64,000 nt of DNA from Bacteroidales bacterium UBA5072 (GTDB lineage: Bacteria; Bacteroidota; Bacteroidia; Bacteroidales; UBA10428), in NCBI GenBank assembly GCA_002415855.1, contig DIAS01000162.1, forward strand, positions 3,647-67,646. Reading direction: 5' to 3'. Made by a program: the position numbers and the translations under genes. Each line of letters begins with the position of its first letter. Within the stretch, counting starts at the first letter, position 1. This document shows, one piece after another, positions 28,241 to 38,028 of the stretch. The notes beneath the pieces were generated by a model, which was not told where the DNA came from, ran no database searches, and saw only the letters and a program-made list of their open reading frames with translations.

Positions 28241-29674
28241 TTGATAAAAAGGATATTTAATAACGCCACCCTGATGTCCTGGGCTTCCTATTTCGTTCAA
28301 TTTGGAAGCGTGCTTTTTATTTTTCCCTTATTGATCAAGGTATATTCACCACTTGAACAGTCATTCTGGTGGCTGCTGAACACAATCATCGGTTTGGCAA
28401 TGCTTGCCGATTCAGGTTTTGGGGCAGTATTGCTGAGAGGTGTTGCCTATTTCAGCTCCGGTGCAGATTATCTGCCACGCAACAGGGAAGAATTCGAAAA
28501 GAAACAAGATCTCCTTAGTTTCCAGCCGAATGTTAACAAGCTTGCCGACCTTCTGACAACAACAAAAAGAGTATATGCTTACCTCAACCTGGTTCTGATA
28601 GGCATGCTGATCACCCTGGGCCCGCTGATCATGTGGAACGTGATGAAACTTTCACATCACCGGATCGATTTCTGGATTGCTTACCTGTTATTGATCCCAA
28701 ATTGCATGCTGCTGATCATGACAGTGAGATGGAGATCATTTTTGCGGGGATTGGATTATGTTGCCAAGGAAGCAAGAATAAACACCTACCTTGGCGTTGC
28801 CCGGCTGACCGGTTTTATAGTGTTCCTGTCTTTTGGACTTTCTCCCGTGTACCTGATCATCTGTATGCTGGCTGAATCAGCAATCAAGTATTTTATCCTA
28901 AAAGATCTTGTTATCAGATGGTTCAGGGCAAACAACAAAATCATCACAAACAGGAATTATTTTGATAAAGATATATTCAAGTCGCTTTGGACAGCCACCT
29001 GGAAGGAAGGTCTTATCCAATGGGGTAATTACCTGTTGGCTTCGGGAAACTCAATCATTATGGCCCAGATAAGCAATGCACAGCTAATGGCCAACTTCCT
29101 GTTAACCACACGACTACTCACCATTATAGCCAGTGTTTCTGAAATAACGCTCTTCTCGAATATTCCAAGGATCTATAGCTATGCCGCAAAAAACGACCGG
29201 CATAACATGAAGATAACCGCTGCGGGATACATGTTCCTGGGCATGGCCATTATGGTAATATCCTGTTTGTTCATTATTCTTTTCGGCAATACAGCGCTGG
29301 AAATGCTCAATAAGGAATCACAGCTCGTACCCATGGGAATTCTGATCATTATGGTTCTCACCCAAATACTGGACAGTCATTCAACCTTTCATGCCGGCAT
29401 TTATATTTCTACCAACCATATTCCTTTTGTGCTGCCTTCCCTCATTTCGGGTGTTGTAATCCTGGGTGGCGGATTTCTGGTCTTGCCCAGGTATGGCCTG
29501 ATGGGAATAATAATGATGAAATTCGTGGTTCAGCTTGCCTTTAGCAATTGGTACGCAATGGTTTTATCCCTTCGTTTATTGAAATGGCCGATAAAAAACT
29601 ACTTATGGGAATTTCCGGTACTGGGCAGCAAATTCGTATATGCTAAGATCAAATCATTCTTTAACTTATCTTAG
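28241..29674 (+). CDS. polytopic membrane protein, oligosaccharide flippase (Wzx/MOP-like)
   Basis: The 477-aa protein has about 12-14 TM segments and sits in a glycan locus. The track start is a TTG; an ATG 11 codons downstream (MSWASYF) is an alternative. Confidence 0.55.
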   Translation: MIKRIFNNATLMSWASYFVQFGSVLFIFPLLIKVYSPLEQSFWWLLNTIIGLAMLADSGFGAVLLRGVAYFSSGADYLPRNREEFEKKQDLLSFQPNVNKLADLLTTTKRVYAYLNLVLIGMLITLGPLIMWNVMKLSHHRIDFWIAYLLLIPNCMLLIMTVRWRSFLRGLDYVAKEARINTYLGVARLTGFIVFLSFGLSPVYLIICMLAESAIKYFILKDLVIRWFRANNKIITNRNYFDKDIFKSLWTATWKEGLIQWGNYLLASGNSIIMAQISNAQLMANFLLTTRLLTIIASVSEITLFSNIPRIYSYAAKNDRHNMKITAAGYMFLGMAIMVISCLFIILFGNTALEMLNKESQLVPMGILIIMVLTQILDSHSTFHAGIYISTNHIPFVLPSLISGVVILGGGFLVLPRYGLMGIIMMKFVVQLAFSNWYAMVLSLRLLKWPIKNYLWEFPVLGSKFVYAKIKSFFNLS

Positions 29675-30422
29675 TCAGATAATATGCAGATTGGAAATCA
29701 ATTTCCGTTCTGTGTTCAAAACTGTCGATTCTGAAGCCCTGCTCGCTTATTAACTTCTCAAAGAAGTTCTTTTCGTACCTCACAATCTGACGGGGATAGG
29801 TAAAGGTCATCAGGTAGTTTTCAGGATTCTCTTCCATATCTGGAACATCTTCCTCGACAAAAGAGGTAAGAAACAGCCTTCCGCCGATCTTTAACATCCT
29901 GTTGAAATCCTTCAACAGGATCAGCACTTCTGAATCAATATAATTGGGAATTACGCCAGTAGCATATACCAGATCAAAATAACCAGTCTCGTAAGGAAAT
30001 CTGAAGTTCTCATTCATCTCGATCTTACCATTCGGATTGTACATGACATGTTTCAGATCGAAATAATGAAAATTGTAATTCGGGTTCTCCTTTGCCAGGT
30101 ATTTTTTGCACCAGTCAATATTCCACTGGTTAATGTCGATCCCGATATAATAAATATCAGGTACCTTTTGCACAAGGCCGATAAACGACCTGCCGGTGGT
30201 ACAACCAATTTCAAGAATCCTTGTTTTGTCCGTGACGCCCAACCTTTGGGTGAATTTAATACCTTCCATTACCGTAGACTCATAGAACAGTTTATCACTC
30301 CGGTATGCTTCGCGCAGGTACCTGCTGTCGCGTGGCGGCAGTAAAACACCTTTGTAGATATGATAATTTTTCCTCAGTCTCCGCTTAATTGATCCTGCCA
30401 ATTTTGACCATAGTTCTCTCAT
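29661..30422 (-). CDS. class I SAM-dependent methyltransferase (paralog B)
   Basis: SAM motif I is ILEIGCTTGRS, followed by IGIDIN. It is colinear with paralog A, sharing blocks such as YKG..LPP, FHY.DL, YNPNG, DVPDM.ENPE.Y and TYPRQIVR.EKN.F. Its 3' end overlaps the convergent Wzx-like gene by 14 bp. Confidence 0.7.
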   Translation of the reverse strand: MRELWSKLAGSIKRRLRKNYHIYKGVLLPPRDSRYLREAYRSDKLFYESTVMEGIKFTQRLGVTDKTRILEIGCTTGRSFIGLVQKVPDIYYIGIDINQWNIDWCKKYLAKENPNYNFHYFDLKHVMYNPNGKIEMNENFRFPYETGYFDLVYATGVIPNYIDSEVLILLKDFNRMLKIGGRLFLTSFVEEDVPDMEENPENYLMTFTYPRQIVRYEKNFFEKLISEQGFRIDSFEHRTEIDFQSAYYLTKIS

Positions 30423-30446
30423 AGAAGTGTGTTATACGTTTGCTTT

Positions 30447-30454
30447 CAAATGTA
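30447..30454 (-). promoter_or_regulatory. candidate -7 box (TACATTTG) for methyltransferase B
   Basis: The minus strand reads TACATTTG, which ends 24 nt upstream of the ATG at 30422. Confidence 0.45.
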
Positions 30455-30503
30455 AGTTTTTTTGAGCTTTTTTCAAAACCACTGCCGGGAATTACATAAA
30501 TCC

Positions 30504-30511
30504 TATATTTG
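30504..30511 (+). promoter_or_regulatory. candidate -7 box (TATATTTG) for family member P2
   Basis: It matches TAnnTTTG and ends 78 nt upstream of the ATG at 30590. It is embedded in a small palindrome, AAATCCT..AGGATTT (30498-30520). Confidence 0.4.
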
Positions 30512-30589
30512 CAAAGGATTTTAGACTGGTGTGCTTGAAGCAAGGCAATAATTCCAGTAGCCTTCAGTTTATTAATTGATCAGTGATTG

Positions 30590-31480
30590 ATGAAACAAAA
30601 CGTAAAAAATATTGCAGAGCATTATTTCATCGTATTGCTGGGCTTCTTTTCCCTGATATCGCAGTGTGCCCGGAGCGGTGAATTCCTGATCATTGACAAA
30701 GCCATTACATGGGACGAAAATGCCCAAAGTGCTTTCTATATGTTCATGCCCGATGCCACCATGCCTTCCAACTGGATGTACCCGGACGATTATTATAACG
30801 GCATGATATATACCCGTTATGAGATACTGGAAGTAGCCACCCGTATACCCTGTGGAATGCAATTCGGCATATTTCAATGGAAAGATGCCAATCACACGGT
30901 CTGCGGTGAGTTGTGCGAAAACATCAGGTGGCTGGAAAATGGCACCGGTTCGGTAGCCGAAAATGGAAGCAGTCCTTCTACCTGGTGGGAGTCATATGGT
31001 GGTGTCGATTTCTCCAAAATCAGTGATCTTCAGAGTCTGAGCCCTACAATCTGGAGCAAGGATCCAAGATCGCCCATTGCCAGGCCCGGACAGGGAGGCG
31101 ATGATGCAGGTGAAGCCTGGAGATTGCGCTATAACTGGTTCCCGATAACGGTAAGAGTCACTGTTGTGGCTGTTTCCGCAGGTTCTGCCTTCTCAGGCTG
31201 GGATTACTATATTGGAAATACGCCTCCGAATTCCGACGTATTCGAAAAATACTTACTGGTTTATCCTAACCCGGGTTCCGATGGTCTGTTCAACATTCAA
31301 ACGGACATAGAACCTCCATTTACACTGGAAGTCCTGTCAACAGATGGTAAGATACTAAAGAGCACAACAGTACAGGAAACACTGAATCCTGAACTCAGCT
31401 TGCAGGAACTGAACCAGGGGATCTATATCATCAGAGTTTTGGGTAATAACTTCACTGTTGCACGCAAGATCATCCGGTAG
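30590..31480 (+). CDS. T9SS-secreted family member P2 (minimal form: N-domain plus CTD only)
   Basis: The ATG at 30590 lies one codon inside the track's TTG start. A signal peptide is followed by the N-domain GEFLIIDKAITWDENA...MPSNWMYPDDYYNGMIYTRYEI...GIFQW...GELCE...SSPSTWW..GGVDFS...YNWFPITVRVTVVAVSAGSAFSGWDYY. The CTD follows directly: LLVYPNPGSDGLFNIQ...GIYIIRVLGNNFTVARKIIR. Confidence 0.85.
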   Translation: MKQNVKNIAEHYFIVLLGFFSLISQCARSGEFLIIDKAITWDENAQSAFYMFMPDATMPSNWMYPDDYYNGMIYTRYEILEVATRIPCGMQFGIFQWKDANHTVCGELCENIRWLENGTGSVAENGSSPSTWWESYGGVDFSKISDLQSLSPTIWSKDPRSPIARPGQGGDDAGEAWRLRYNWFPITVRVTVVAVSAGSAFSGWDYYIGNTPPNSDVFEKYLLVYPNPGSDGLFNIQTDIEPPFTLEVLSTDGKILKSTTVQETLNPELSLQELNQGIYIIRVLGNNFTVARKIIR

Positions 31481-31628
31481 CAACCAACGTTCAAAATGCT
31501 CTCACAACTGAATTTGCTGCAAACGGTTAAGTACAATTATGCATATTCCGTCAGGAATTTTAGTTGGTTTATCAATAATCTAAATCTGAGGTCCTTATTT
31601 CAGTTATTTTCGGGCAAAAATAGTTCAT

Positions 31629-34433
31629 ATGAAAACTCCTTGCAGAAGCTTTACAAAATTCCTGTTGTCCTCCATGGCGGTTCTCCTGTTATGCGTTCCC
31701 CAGGATGTAAACAGCGCCGAGTTTGTTGTTATCAACAGAATAATCTCTTACGATATCAATGCATCCAGTGGATTCTGGTCATTTGGTATGAATGCCAGCA
31801 TGCCGGCAAACTGGGCATCGCCCAATGACTATTACCACGGGACTTTTTACACCCGTTATGAAATACTGAGTGTTCCGACGAATGTTCCATGCGGGATACA
31901 AATGGGTATTTTTCAGTGGCAGGGAGCCCATAATGATTCCTGCGGTGAGTTATGCGAGAGCATACGTGGTCCGCTGGCAGGTGTCGGAGCTGTTGTTACC
32001 AACAGCAGCAGCCCATCAACCTGGTGGCGTACTGAGGGCGGAGTCGATTTTTCCCGAATGAGCTACCTTGAAAGCATGGCCATTGTCCTCTATTCGTGGG
32101 ACACAAGGTATCCGGTAGCCCAGGCGGGACAAGGTGGTGATGCTGGCGGGATAAGCTGGAACCAGCGCTTCAACTGGTTCCCGATCACCCTCAGGGTTAC
32201 GGTTGTTGCTGTATCGTCAGGTTCCACCTTTTCCGGGTGGGACAATTATATACCCAATCCTGCCCTGCAAAAGCCCACTCCTGCATATGGCATTGATTAT
32301 ATCAATGAAACCACGGACAAGGTGGTTCCCGCAACAGATGAATACGCCCTGTTTCCGACAATGTTTGGCCGAGTAAGTGGCAGCGGTCAGAAAATGACCC
32401 TGATTCCCGGACGGGATGCATACTTTCGTACAAAGGCCGGAGACGGTTTACGCCAATCCGAGATCCAGCATTTTGATGTGCCCTGCAGGCCTGCCACTCC
32501 GAAATTTATTATGGATAAGGTCAACTACCGGACAACAACTACTGTGAGCAGTGAATATGAGTATTCTGATTATTCGGATATGTCTGAGGCTGTTACCGGG
32601 AACGGCACCTATGTTTCAATCCCCGCCGGAACAACCAAGTTCTTCAGAAAGAAGGCCACAGTTACTTCCTTTAAATCAGAAATCCAGGCACTGAACGAAT
32701 CATCCAAATCAGCTATACCACATGAACTTCTTGTTTTCAATGGTGTGATTGACTATCCGAATACAACGGATACCAATGGTTTTTACTATTTCTATTATAA
32801 TGCCGACATGCCCAAAGACTGGACAACGCCTGATAATTATTACAACGGAAATTTTTATATGCGTTATGAAATTATCAGCCAGAAAACTTCTACTCCGGTT
32901 GGTATGCAATTTGGATTGTGGCAGCTTCTGCCACCAGAAACAGGAGAATTGCATGAAACCATGTCTGGAATCACAACACTGAATGGCCCCGGCAGCTATG
33001 CAACTGCCGTCAGTAGTCCAAGTTCCTGGTGGAGACTGGATGGAGGATTTGATTATACCAAGATGGATCTCACCTGGCATATGGGTATAAATCCATGGAA
33101 GTTAGATAGCTATAATGGCAACCTTCAAATCAGGCAGGAAAACGCCAGTGTGTGGGCAGAAAGAAATACATACTGGTTTCCCATGAAGGTATATGTCACC
33201 ATTGTGGCGGTTGCTTCAGGATATTCCTTTTCAGGATGGAACAACTACCTGGGTGTGAAATATCCAACCCCGGCATATACCATCAATTATACAACCGAGA
33301 AAACAAGCCAGGTGGTTCCTGCAACCGACGAGTATTCCTATTCGCCAACCATGTCTCCTGCATATCCGGGCACAGGTGCTACGATAGACCTGTTACCGGG
33401 ACAGAATGTTTATTTCCGTACAAAGGCACAGGGAAGATTCCTGACATCAGATATCCAGCGCCTGGTTGTTCCGGAAAGACCAGCGCCGGTGTATACCGTA
33501 AACTACCAGGAGAAAAAGACCAACGAACCTGTTTCGGTGAACGATGAATATTCGACCAGCCCGGACATGACAGGTGCTTACGTGGGTACAGGTTCCACAA
33601 TCACCATTACCCCGGGTACCGATCTTTATTTCAGAACCAAGGCTACAACGTCTTCTTTCCGATCTGCAATCCAGCATCTGGTTGTACCCACCGTACCAGC
33701 GCCGCCGGCTTTTACCATTAATTATGACTTGGGCACCACGAATGAAACAGCCGGGACCAACATTGCCATTTCAAATTATGCAAATTTCTCCGGCCAGATC
33801 TTTGGCACCGGGACGTTTGTGACACTTGTACCCGGACAGGATTTGTACTTTAAACAGGTTGCCACAGGTTCATCTTTTGGCAGTGATGCTTCACACCTGG
33901 TGGTTCCGGCCTGCAACTTCCTCGGCTATTCCGGTGCAGACACCGTTACGTCAAGCAAGTTCACGGTGTATGCTATTCTCACCGATCAATCTCATGTACT
34001 GACCTTGGCCGATATCCAGGTGACCAACGGAACCGCACAGAACCTGCGTACCGGTAATGTGTTCGACATTTACCCGGCATCAAAGGGTTGGGTTACAGTT
34101 GTTATACCGGCGAATTCCATCAGTGAGAACTCCTTTGCCTCCAATGAAGTACGTGCCTATTACAATGTGGTAACAGGAGTAGATGAAATTACGGACATTG
34201 ATTTCGAAGTTTTTCCCAATCCCAGCTTCGACGGCCTGGTACAAATAAGGAACAATCGGCGAAAGGACTACCAGGTATGCGTTTACAATGTGAACGGGAA
34301 CATGACAAAGACTTTTGAAGTAAATGGAGGCGGCGATCAGCTGATCGACATGCGGGCTTACCCGAAGGGGATGTACTTCCTTCAGATAAGCTCGGATAAT
34401 TACACCCGTTTGCACAAGATCATTTTACAATAA
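31629..34433 (+). CDS. T9SS-secreted family member P3: N-domain, 2 modules, second N-domain, 3 modules, Ig-like VTNG domain and CTD
   Basis: There is a signal peptide. N-domain copy 1 runs AEFVVINRIISYD...FSGWDNY and copy 2 runs HELLVFNGVIDYP...FSGWNNY. The modules are of the PTPAYGIDYINETTD..YFRTKA type. The Ig-like block is CNFLGYSGADTVTSSKFTVYAILTDQSHVLTLADIQVTNGTAQNL. The CTD is FEVFPNPSFDGLVQI...GMYFLQISSDNYTRLHKIILQ. Confidence 0.87.
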   Translation: MKTPCRSFTKFLLSSMAVLLLCVPQDVNSAEFVVINRIISYDINASSGFWSFGMNASMPANWASPNDYYHGTFYTRYEILSVPTNVPCGIQMGIFQWQGAHNDSCGELCESIRGPLAGVGAVVTNSSSPSTWWRTEGGVDFSRMSYLESMAIVLYSWDTRYPVAQAGQGGDAGGISWNQRFNWFPITLRVTVVAVSSGSTFSGWDNYIPNPALQKPTPAYGIDYINETTDKVVPATDEYALFPTMFGRVSGSGQKMTLIPGRDAYFRTKAGDGLRQSEIQHFDVPCRPATPKFIMDKVNYRTTTTVSSEYEYSDYSDMSEAVTGNGTYVSIPAGTTKFFRKKATVTSFKSEIQALNESSKSAIPHELLVFNGVIDYPNTTDTNGFYYFYYNADMPKDWTTPDNYYNGNFYMRYEIISQKTSTPVGMQFGLWQLLPPETGELHETMSGITTLNGPGSYATAVSSPSSWWRLDGGFDYTKMDLTWHMGINPWKLDSYNGNLQIRQENASVWAERNTYWFPMKVYVTIVAVASGYSFSGWNNYLGVKYPTPAYTINYTTEKTSQVVPATDEYSYSPTMSPAYPGTGATIDLLPGQNVYFRTKAQGRFLTSDIQRLVVPERPAPVYTVNYQEKKTNEPVSVNDEYSTSPDMTGAYVGTGSTITITPGTDLYFRTKATTSSFRSAIQHLVVPTVPAPPAFTINYDLGTTNETAGTNIAISNYANFSGQIFGTGTFVTLVPGQDLYFKQVATGSSFGSDASHLVVPACNFLGYSGADTVTSSKFTVYAILTDQSHVLTLADIQVTNGTAQNLRTGNVFDIYPASKGWVTVVIPANSISENSFASNEVRAYYNVVTGVDEITDIDFEVFPNPSFDGLVQIRNNRRKDYQVCVYNVNGNMTKTFEVNGGGDQLIDMRAYPKGMYFLQISSDNYTRLHKIILQ

Positions 34434-34462
34434 CCGGGTATTTTTCGACGGCGGAAACCAAT

Positions 34463-34507
34463 AAAACCTGCAATAGTAAGCACTCACTCAAATTGCAGGT
34501 TTTTTTG
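34463..34507 (+). terminator. intrinsic terminator after P3
   Basis: The 10-bp stem AACCTGCAAT/ATTGCAGGTT (34465-34474 and 34492-34501) is followed by a T7 run. Confidence 0.75.
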
Positions 34508-34538
34508 TTGGCCGGTTACCTGAATAAAAACAATTACA

Positions 34539-37500
34539 ATGAGAAAACCTGTTTACACATTACAACGGTTAATCCTGATACTTCTGTTGTTGCTGTCGAT
34601 GAGATATTCCCAGGGAAGCGAGTTTGTCCTTATGAACAGGATCATATCCTATGATGTCAATGCTTCGGACGGTTTCTGGCTTGTAATGCCTGATGTCACA
34701 ATGCCCTCAAACTGGTTTACACCCGATAATTATTATTACGGTACAATTTACAGCAGGTATGAGATAATAAGCGCTCCCACCAGTGTGCCCTGTGCCATCG
34801 GCTGGGGATTCTTCCAATACAAAAACCCCCAGCAAACCGAACTCGGTGAGCTGTGTGAGCTGGCGCCAACCCTCGCCGGTACGGGAGCGGTTGCCTACAA
34901 AACGAGCAGTCCCTCCACCTGGTGGAGGACCGACGGAGGGGTGGATTTCTCAAAAATCGCTGATATGCAGAGTATGGGGGTTATCCTTTACTCAAAGAAT
35001 CCGGGTGATGGCAACGGCTGGCCGGTTTGCAGGTCAAACAATGGAGGCGATCCGGGAGGTATTACCTGGAATGAACGATTCAACTGGTTCCCGATGACCA
35101 TACGGGTCACTGTGGTAGCAGTATCCAATGGTTCAACCTTTTCCGGCTGGGACAGGTATGTTATTGATCCTTCGCGCAGGCAGCCTAAAACTGCATACGG
35201 AATTGATTTTATCAACGAAACCACGGACAGGGTAGTTCCTTCCACCGATGAGTTTTCAATATATTCGGGCATGGCCTATGCCGTTTCGGGCACGGGACAA
35301 CGGATGCCCATCACCCCCGGGCAGGATCATAATTTCAGGACAAAGGCCGGATCGGGTCTTCTGGCATCGGAAGTACAGCATTTCCGCGCCCCCGTGAGAC
35401 CCGGAACACCTGCTTTTGTATTGGACAAGGTCAACCACCGGACTACTACCGGGGTTTCAGGTGAGTATGAATATTCCGACAATCCGGATTTTACGGGAGC
35501 CGTTACCGGTACCGGAAGCCAGGTCAATATCCCTGCAGGCACTACGATGTACTTTCGCAAAAAAGCCACTGCCATCGCGTTCCGATCAACCGTACAGGCC
35601 CTGAACGAGTCGTCGGAGCTGCCGATTGCACATGAGCTGCTGCTCATCAACGACACCATTGAGTGGCCAAATGCCACCGATACGAACGGATTTTATTATT
35701 TCTATTACAATGCCGATATGCCGGCCAACTGGATAACACCTGACGATTATCATTACGGGGAGATATTTGCCCGTTACGAGATCATCAGTGAAAAAACCGA
35801 GGAAACCGTGGGTCTCCAGACAGGATTTTGGCAGATGCTTCCCCCGGAGACGGGTGAGTTGCACGAAACCATGTCGCCGATGGCCGTAATGAACGGCACC
35901 GGATCGGTAGTTACTGTGCGCAGCAGCCCCTACCAATGGTGGAAACTTACCAGCGGTTTCGATTATACACAGATGGACCGCACCTGGCACCTGGGTATCA
36001 ATCCCTGGAAGGTTGACCCAACCGATAACAGCAGGCTTCAGATCAGGCAGGAAAATTCATCGGTTTGGGCTGAACGCAATTCCAAATGGTTCCCGATGAA
36101 AGTATATGTTACCATTGTTGCTGTGGCTGCCTACCGGGAATTCTCAGGATGGCAGCATTATGTCAATTACAGCGCCAAAAGGAAAAGAGCCATGCCATCC
36201 ATCGGCATTGACTATATAAACGAGCAAACTAACCTGGTAATCCCTGATTCCGTTGAATATGCGTACGACGCCGGAATGTCGGGAGCAAGGAACGGCAGCG
36301 GGCAGAGACTGGCACTGACCCCTGGCAATGATGTGTATTTCAGAACGAGGGCCGGCATTGGGAATTATGCTTCCGACATCCTCCACCTGGTGGTTCCTGC
36401 AAATCCCCCGGCACCCGCAGTGACAATTAATTATGCAGGCGAGACCACAGCTGTACTTACACCCGGCACGGAATGGTCAGTTAACGCAGATATGTCGGGT
36501 GCCGTATCGGGAACGAATACAGCCATCCAGGTTACACCCGGTACGCACCGCTATTTCAGAAACAAGGCAACCGCCTCTGCCTTCAGGTCGGGTATCCAGG
36601 ATCTTTATATTCCGGTCAGGCCCGCAGCACCTGAAATTTCCATAAATTTTGCCGGCAATAGCACCGCTGTCATTCCATCCACCATGGAATGGGCCTTTAA
36701 CGCTACCATGATTCCGGCAGCCCGTGGACAGGGTATTACCGTACCGGTAACTCCCTCTGTAGATATGTATTTCAGGTCAGTCGCAACAGCCTCCGCATTC
36801 CGTTCAGAGATCCAACACCTTGTTGTTCCAGCCCTTCCCGCAACACCGGCCTATGGCATCAACTTCGTGCAACAAACAACCAACATTCCGGTTTCCGCAA
36901 ATGATGAGTATGCTTTTTCAGCGGATATGTCGGGTGCGGTTGCCGGCAGCAACACAGCGGTTAACGTAACACCGGGAATTGACATGTACTTCAGGCGCAA
37001 AGCCTCGGCAACTGCATTCCGATCGCTCATACAAACATTGGATGTACCTGCAAAACCAGCATCCCCGGCATTTACCATAAATTACACGGACGGTACTACC
37101 AACGAAGCGGCCGGAACGGATATAGCCTTTTCGGGTTATGCGGATATGGCTGGTCAGGTTTTTGGAACCGGAGTACCCGTGACGCTGCAGCCGGGTCACG
37201 ACCTGTACTTCAAACAGGTTGCCGGTTCAACATCCTTTACCAGTGATATTTCATTCCTGGCAGTGCCCTTCTGCAACTTCCTCGGCTATTCGGGCGCGGA
37301 TACCGTTACATCAAGCAAGTTCACGCTCTATGCTATTCTCACCGATCAGTCCCATGTACTGACATTAGCCGATATCCAGGTGACCAACGGAACCGCACAG
37401 AATCTCAGGGCCGGAAATGTATTCGATGTTTATCCTTCGGTTAAAGGTCCGGTATCAGTTGTTATTCCTGCAAACACGATTGCCGATAATACATTTGCCT

Positions 37501-37793
37501 CGAATGAGGTAACTGTTTATTACAATGTAGCTACGGGCCTTGCGGAATATGAAAAGGACAATATCAGTATCTATCCGAATCCAAGTGATGACGGGATCAT
37601 CTTCATACAGACCAATCAAAACAGGCCTTATTTGATAGGTATATATTCCCTTGATGGTCACCTGATGAAAACCCTGGAAATGCCTGACGGAGGAACGCGA
37701 CAGATCGATCTCAGCGATTTTCAGAAAGGCATGTATTTCCTGAAAGTAAGTTTACAAAACAATAACCGTATACACAAAATAATCTTGAATTAA
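34539..37793 (+). CDS. T9SS-secreted family member P4: N-domain, 2 modules, second N-domain, 5 modules, Ig-like VTNG domain and CTD
   Basis: It has the same architecture as P3 with two extra modules. The CTD is ISIYPNPSDDGIIFIQ...GMYFLKVSLQNNNRIHKIILN. Confidence 0.87.
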   Translation: MRKPVYTLQRLILILLLLLSMRYSQGSEFVLMNRIISYDVNASDGFWLVMPDVTMPSNWFTPDNYYYGTIYSRYEIISAPTSVPCAIGWGFFQYKNPQQTELGELCELAPTLAGTGAVAYKTSSPSTWWRTDGGVDFSKIADMQSMGVILYSKNPGDGNGWPVCRSNNGGDPGGITWNERFNWFPMTIRVTVVAVSNGSTFSGWDRYVIDPSRRQPKTAYGIDFINETTDRVVPSTDEFSIYSGMAYAVSGTGQRMPITPGQDHNFRTKAGSGLLASEVQHFRAPVRPGTPAFVLDKVNHRTTTGVSGEYEYSDNPDFTGAVTGTGSQVNIPAGTTMYFRKKATAIAFRSTVQALNESSELPIAHELLLINDTIEWPNATDTNGFYYFYYNADMPANWITPDDYHYGEIFARYEIISEKTEETVGLQTGFWQMLPPETGELHETMSPMAVMNGTGSVVTVRSSPYQWWKLTSGFDYTQMDRTWHLGINPWKVDPTDNSRLQIRQENSSVWAERNSKWFPMKVYVTIVAVAAYREFSGWQHYVNYSAKRKRAMPSIGIDYINEQTNLVIPDSVEYAYDAGMSGARNGSGQRLALTPGNDVYFRTRAGIGNYASDILHLVVPANPPAPAVTINYAGETTAVLTPGTEWSVNADMSGAVSGTNTAIQVTPGTHRYFRNKATASAFRSGIQDLYIPVRPAAPEISINFAGNSTAVIPSTMEWAFNATMIPAARGQGITVPVTPSVDMYFRSVATASAFRSEIQHLVVPALPATPAYGINFVQQTTNIPVSANDEYAFSADMSGAVAGSNTAVNVTPGIDMYFRRKASATAFRSLIQTLDVPAKPASPAFTINYTDGTTNEAAGTDIAFSGYADMAGQVFGTGVPVTLQPGHDLYFKQVAGSTSFTSDISFLAVPFCNFLGYSGADTVTSSKFTLYAILTDQSHVLTLADIQVTNGTAQNLRAGNVFDVYPSVKGPVSVVIPANTIADNTFASNEVTVYYNVATGLAEYEKDNISIYPNPSDDGIIFIQTNQNRPYLIGIYSLDGHLMKTLEMPDGGTRQIDLSDFQKGMYFLKVSLQNNNRIHKIILN

Positions 37794-37810
37794 CTGCCAC
37801 AATGCATTCC

Positions 37811-37851
37811 AGATCCTGCAGCTCATGACCATCCTGACTGCAGGATTTTTC
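37811..37851 (+). terminator. intrinsic terminator after P4
   Basis: The stem ATCCTGCAG/CTGCAGGAT (37812-37820 and 37838-37846) is followed by TTTTT. Confidence 0.7.
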
Positions 37852-37948
37852 ATTTCGGTAAATCATTAAAAATCTTTCCTGGTTATCCTTTTCATAAAAA
37901 AAATCAGGGCCTTCATCAAAAATAAAATATCAAAAAAACTTATTTAAA

Positions 37949-37956
37949 TACTTTTG
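37949..37956 (+). promoter_or_regulatory. candidate -7 box (TACTTTTG) for P5
   Basis: It matches TAnnTTTG and ends 72 nt upstream of the ATG at 38029. Confidence 0.4.
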
Positions 37957-38028
37957 TTAACCATGGCATAATCTGCATTGCATATTATGTTGTCATCAAA
38001 AGTATGAAACCTGAAAACTATATGCTTT

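Noticed and set aside
31496-31828. A 110-aa ORF spanning the P2-P3 intergenic region and the 5' end of P3.
   Set aside because: It overlaps the well-supported P3 signal peptide and N-domain in another frame, and its composition is atypical.
35586-35990. Numerous 60-160-aa ORFs antisense to or out of frame with the large genes. Examples are 11479..11886, 32709..33080, 35586..35990, 18063..18521, 18669..19145 and 60113..60490.
   Set aside because: All are nested in longer ORFs that carry clear domain signatures. They have Arg/Cys/His-rich shadow-frame composition.
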